Notes under the pieces: model-generated | The model's database searches: none | What the model saw: the letters and a program-made list of their open reading frames with translations, nothing else | Told to the model about the DNA's origin: nothing | Made by a program: the position numbers and the translations under genes | Source of the DNA: an uncultured Christensenellaceae bacterium | GTDB lineage: Bacteria; Bacillota; Clostridia; Christensenellales; SZUA-584 | DNA length: 64,000 nt | Assembly (NCBI GenBank): GCA_964607965.1 | Contig: CAZSMH010000001.1 | Location: forward strand, 20,132-84,131 | Direction: 5' to 3' | Shown here: in pieces, positions 63,497-64,000 of the stretch | How the letters are laid out: every line of letters starts with the position of its first letter | How positions within the stretch are numbered: position 1 is the stretch's first letter

Positions 63497-64000
63497 ATGA
63501 AGATTGATAATTATAGTATTATGCAAGGCAGCTCTCACAGCCTGCAAAAAAGCAGGAGTGAAACGGAACATCTGGAAGTGTGGAGTGATAGAGCCCAAGC
63601 TGACGAACCACCTTTTATTGTTGATATAAAAAACAGAGCTTTTGAGCTTTCTGCCGAAAAGACATGTAAAAAGAATGATTTGGGGGAGGAAGAAGAGGCG
63701 CAGAAGGACCCGCGCATCAAGCTTATTGAATCTTTTATATATCAGCTTACGGGCAAACGTATTAAATTTAAGTGTCAAACCCCAATAATTGAGCAAAACT
63801 ATAAAGCGGATACCCCCGGAATAACATTTGTTGTACGCGGTGGCAGACAGGACGGCAGCGGCTTCGGTATGGTTTACGAATATCAGGAAATTGTATCCGA
63901 GCAGGAAAATGTCAAGTTCGATTCCGGAGGATATGTGACTACGGCCGACGGGCGAACTATTGCCTTTAATCTTGAGTTCGAGATGTCGCGGGAGTTTTAC
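63497..64000 (+). CDS. Hypothetical protein, N-terminal 168 codons (runs off the window end)
   Basis: Not in the ORF track. AAGGAGG SD 7 nt upstream; open for 168 codons to the window edge (MKIDNYSIMQGSSHSLQKSRSETEHLEVW...KLIESFIYQLTGKRIKFK...). No family recognised. Confidence 0.65.
   Translation, partial: MKIDNYSIMQGSSHSLQKSRSETEHLEVWSDRAQADEPPFIVDIKNRAFELSAEKTCKKNDLGEEEEAQKDPRIKLIESFIYQLTGKRIKFKCQTPIIEQNYKADTPGITFVVRGGRQDGSGFGMVYEYQEIVSEQENVKFDSGGYVTTADGRTIAFNLEFEMSREFY

Noticed and set aside
63224-63796. A 190-aa minus-strand ORF overlapping the aminotransferase 3' end and the new partial ORF.
   Set aside because: It overlaps two better-supported plus-strand genes and the sigma28-type promoter/SD, and its composition is low-complexity.
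1-64000. A scan for rRNA, tRNA, CRISPR repeats, IS elements, integrase or transposase genes, and long direct repeats.
   Set aside because: None were recognised. Intergenic regions are short, and every large ORF has a plausible non-mobile assignment or is listed as hypothetical.

Overview
This 64-kb chromosomal window comes from a motile, spore-forming Firmicute. It looks Clostridia-like: AddAB, an alpha/beta SASP, Rex, FliW/CsrA and FliY are present, there are no L/P-ring genes, and GC is roughly 40-45% by eye. About 45 kb (9.4-54.8 kb) is one contiguous flagellar/chemotaxis regulon, organised as follows. (1) cheC-cheD-cheY-cheA-HD-GYP on the minus strand. (2) A FliK-like / FlhB-C-terminal-like / putative Cys-His hydrolase trio. 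(3) fliD-fliS-fliT-DUF327-cheW-cheR-cheB. (4) SLT-flgB-flgC-fliE. (5) fliOPQR-flhB-flhA-flhF-flhG-PilZ-fliA, followed by a membrane/HTH protein. (6) A sigma28-promoted operon: two rod paralogs, yvyF-like, flgM, flgN, flgK, flgL, fliW, csrA. (7) A convergent flagellin gene with a textbook sigma28 promoter and a CsrA-type leader. (8) fliF-G-H-I-J, ylxF-like, fliK, flgD, flgE, flbD, motAB, fliL, fliM, fliY. The left flank holds a GT2 fragment, two orphan genes, addBA and ybjQ. The right flank holds a SASP, an Fe-ADH, rex, yjbQ, two tandem VanW proteins, a zinc-ribbon protein with a long leader, Lrp/AsnC plus an aminotransferase, and a truncated unknown ORF behind a sigma28-type promoter. I saw no rRNA, tRNA, CRISPR array, transposase or integrase. 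About 16 genes appear to use GTG/TTG starts, and several ORF-track starts were trimmed to the codon with a Shine-Dalgarno. The least explained content is the stand-alone FlhB-C mimic coupled to a second FliK-like protein, together with a signal-less putative cell-wall hydrolase (14.3-17.2 kb). Next are the c-di-GMP parts wired into the locus (HD-GYP after cheA, PilZ before fliA), the membrane HTH protein after fliA, and the sigma28-type promoter in front of an unknown gene at the right edge. All family assignments rest on motif recognition by eye; no database search was possible.
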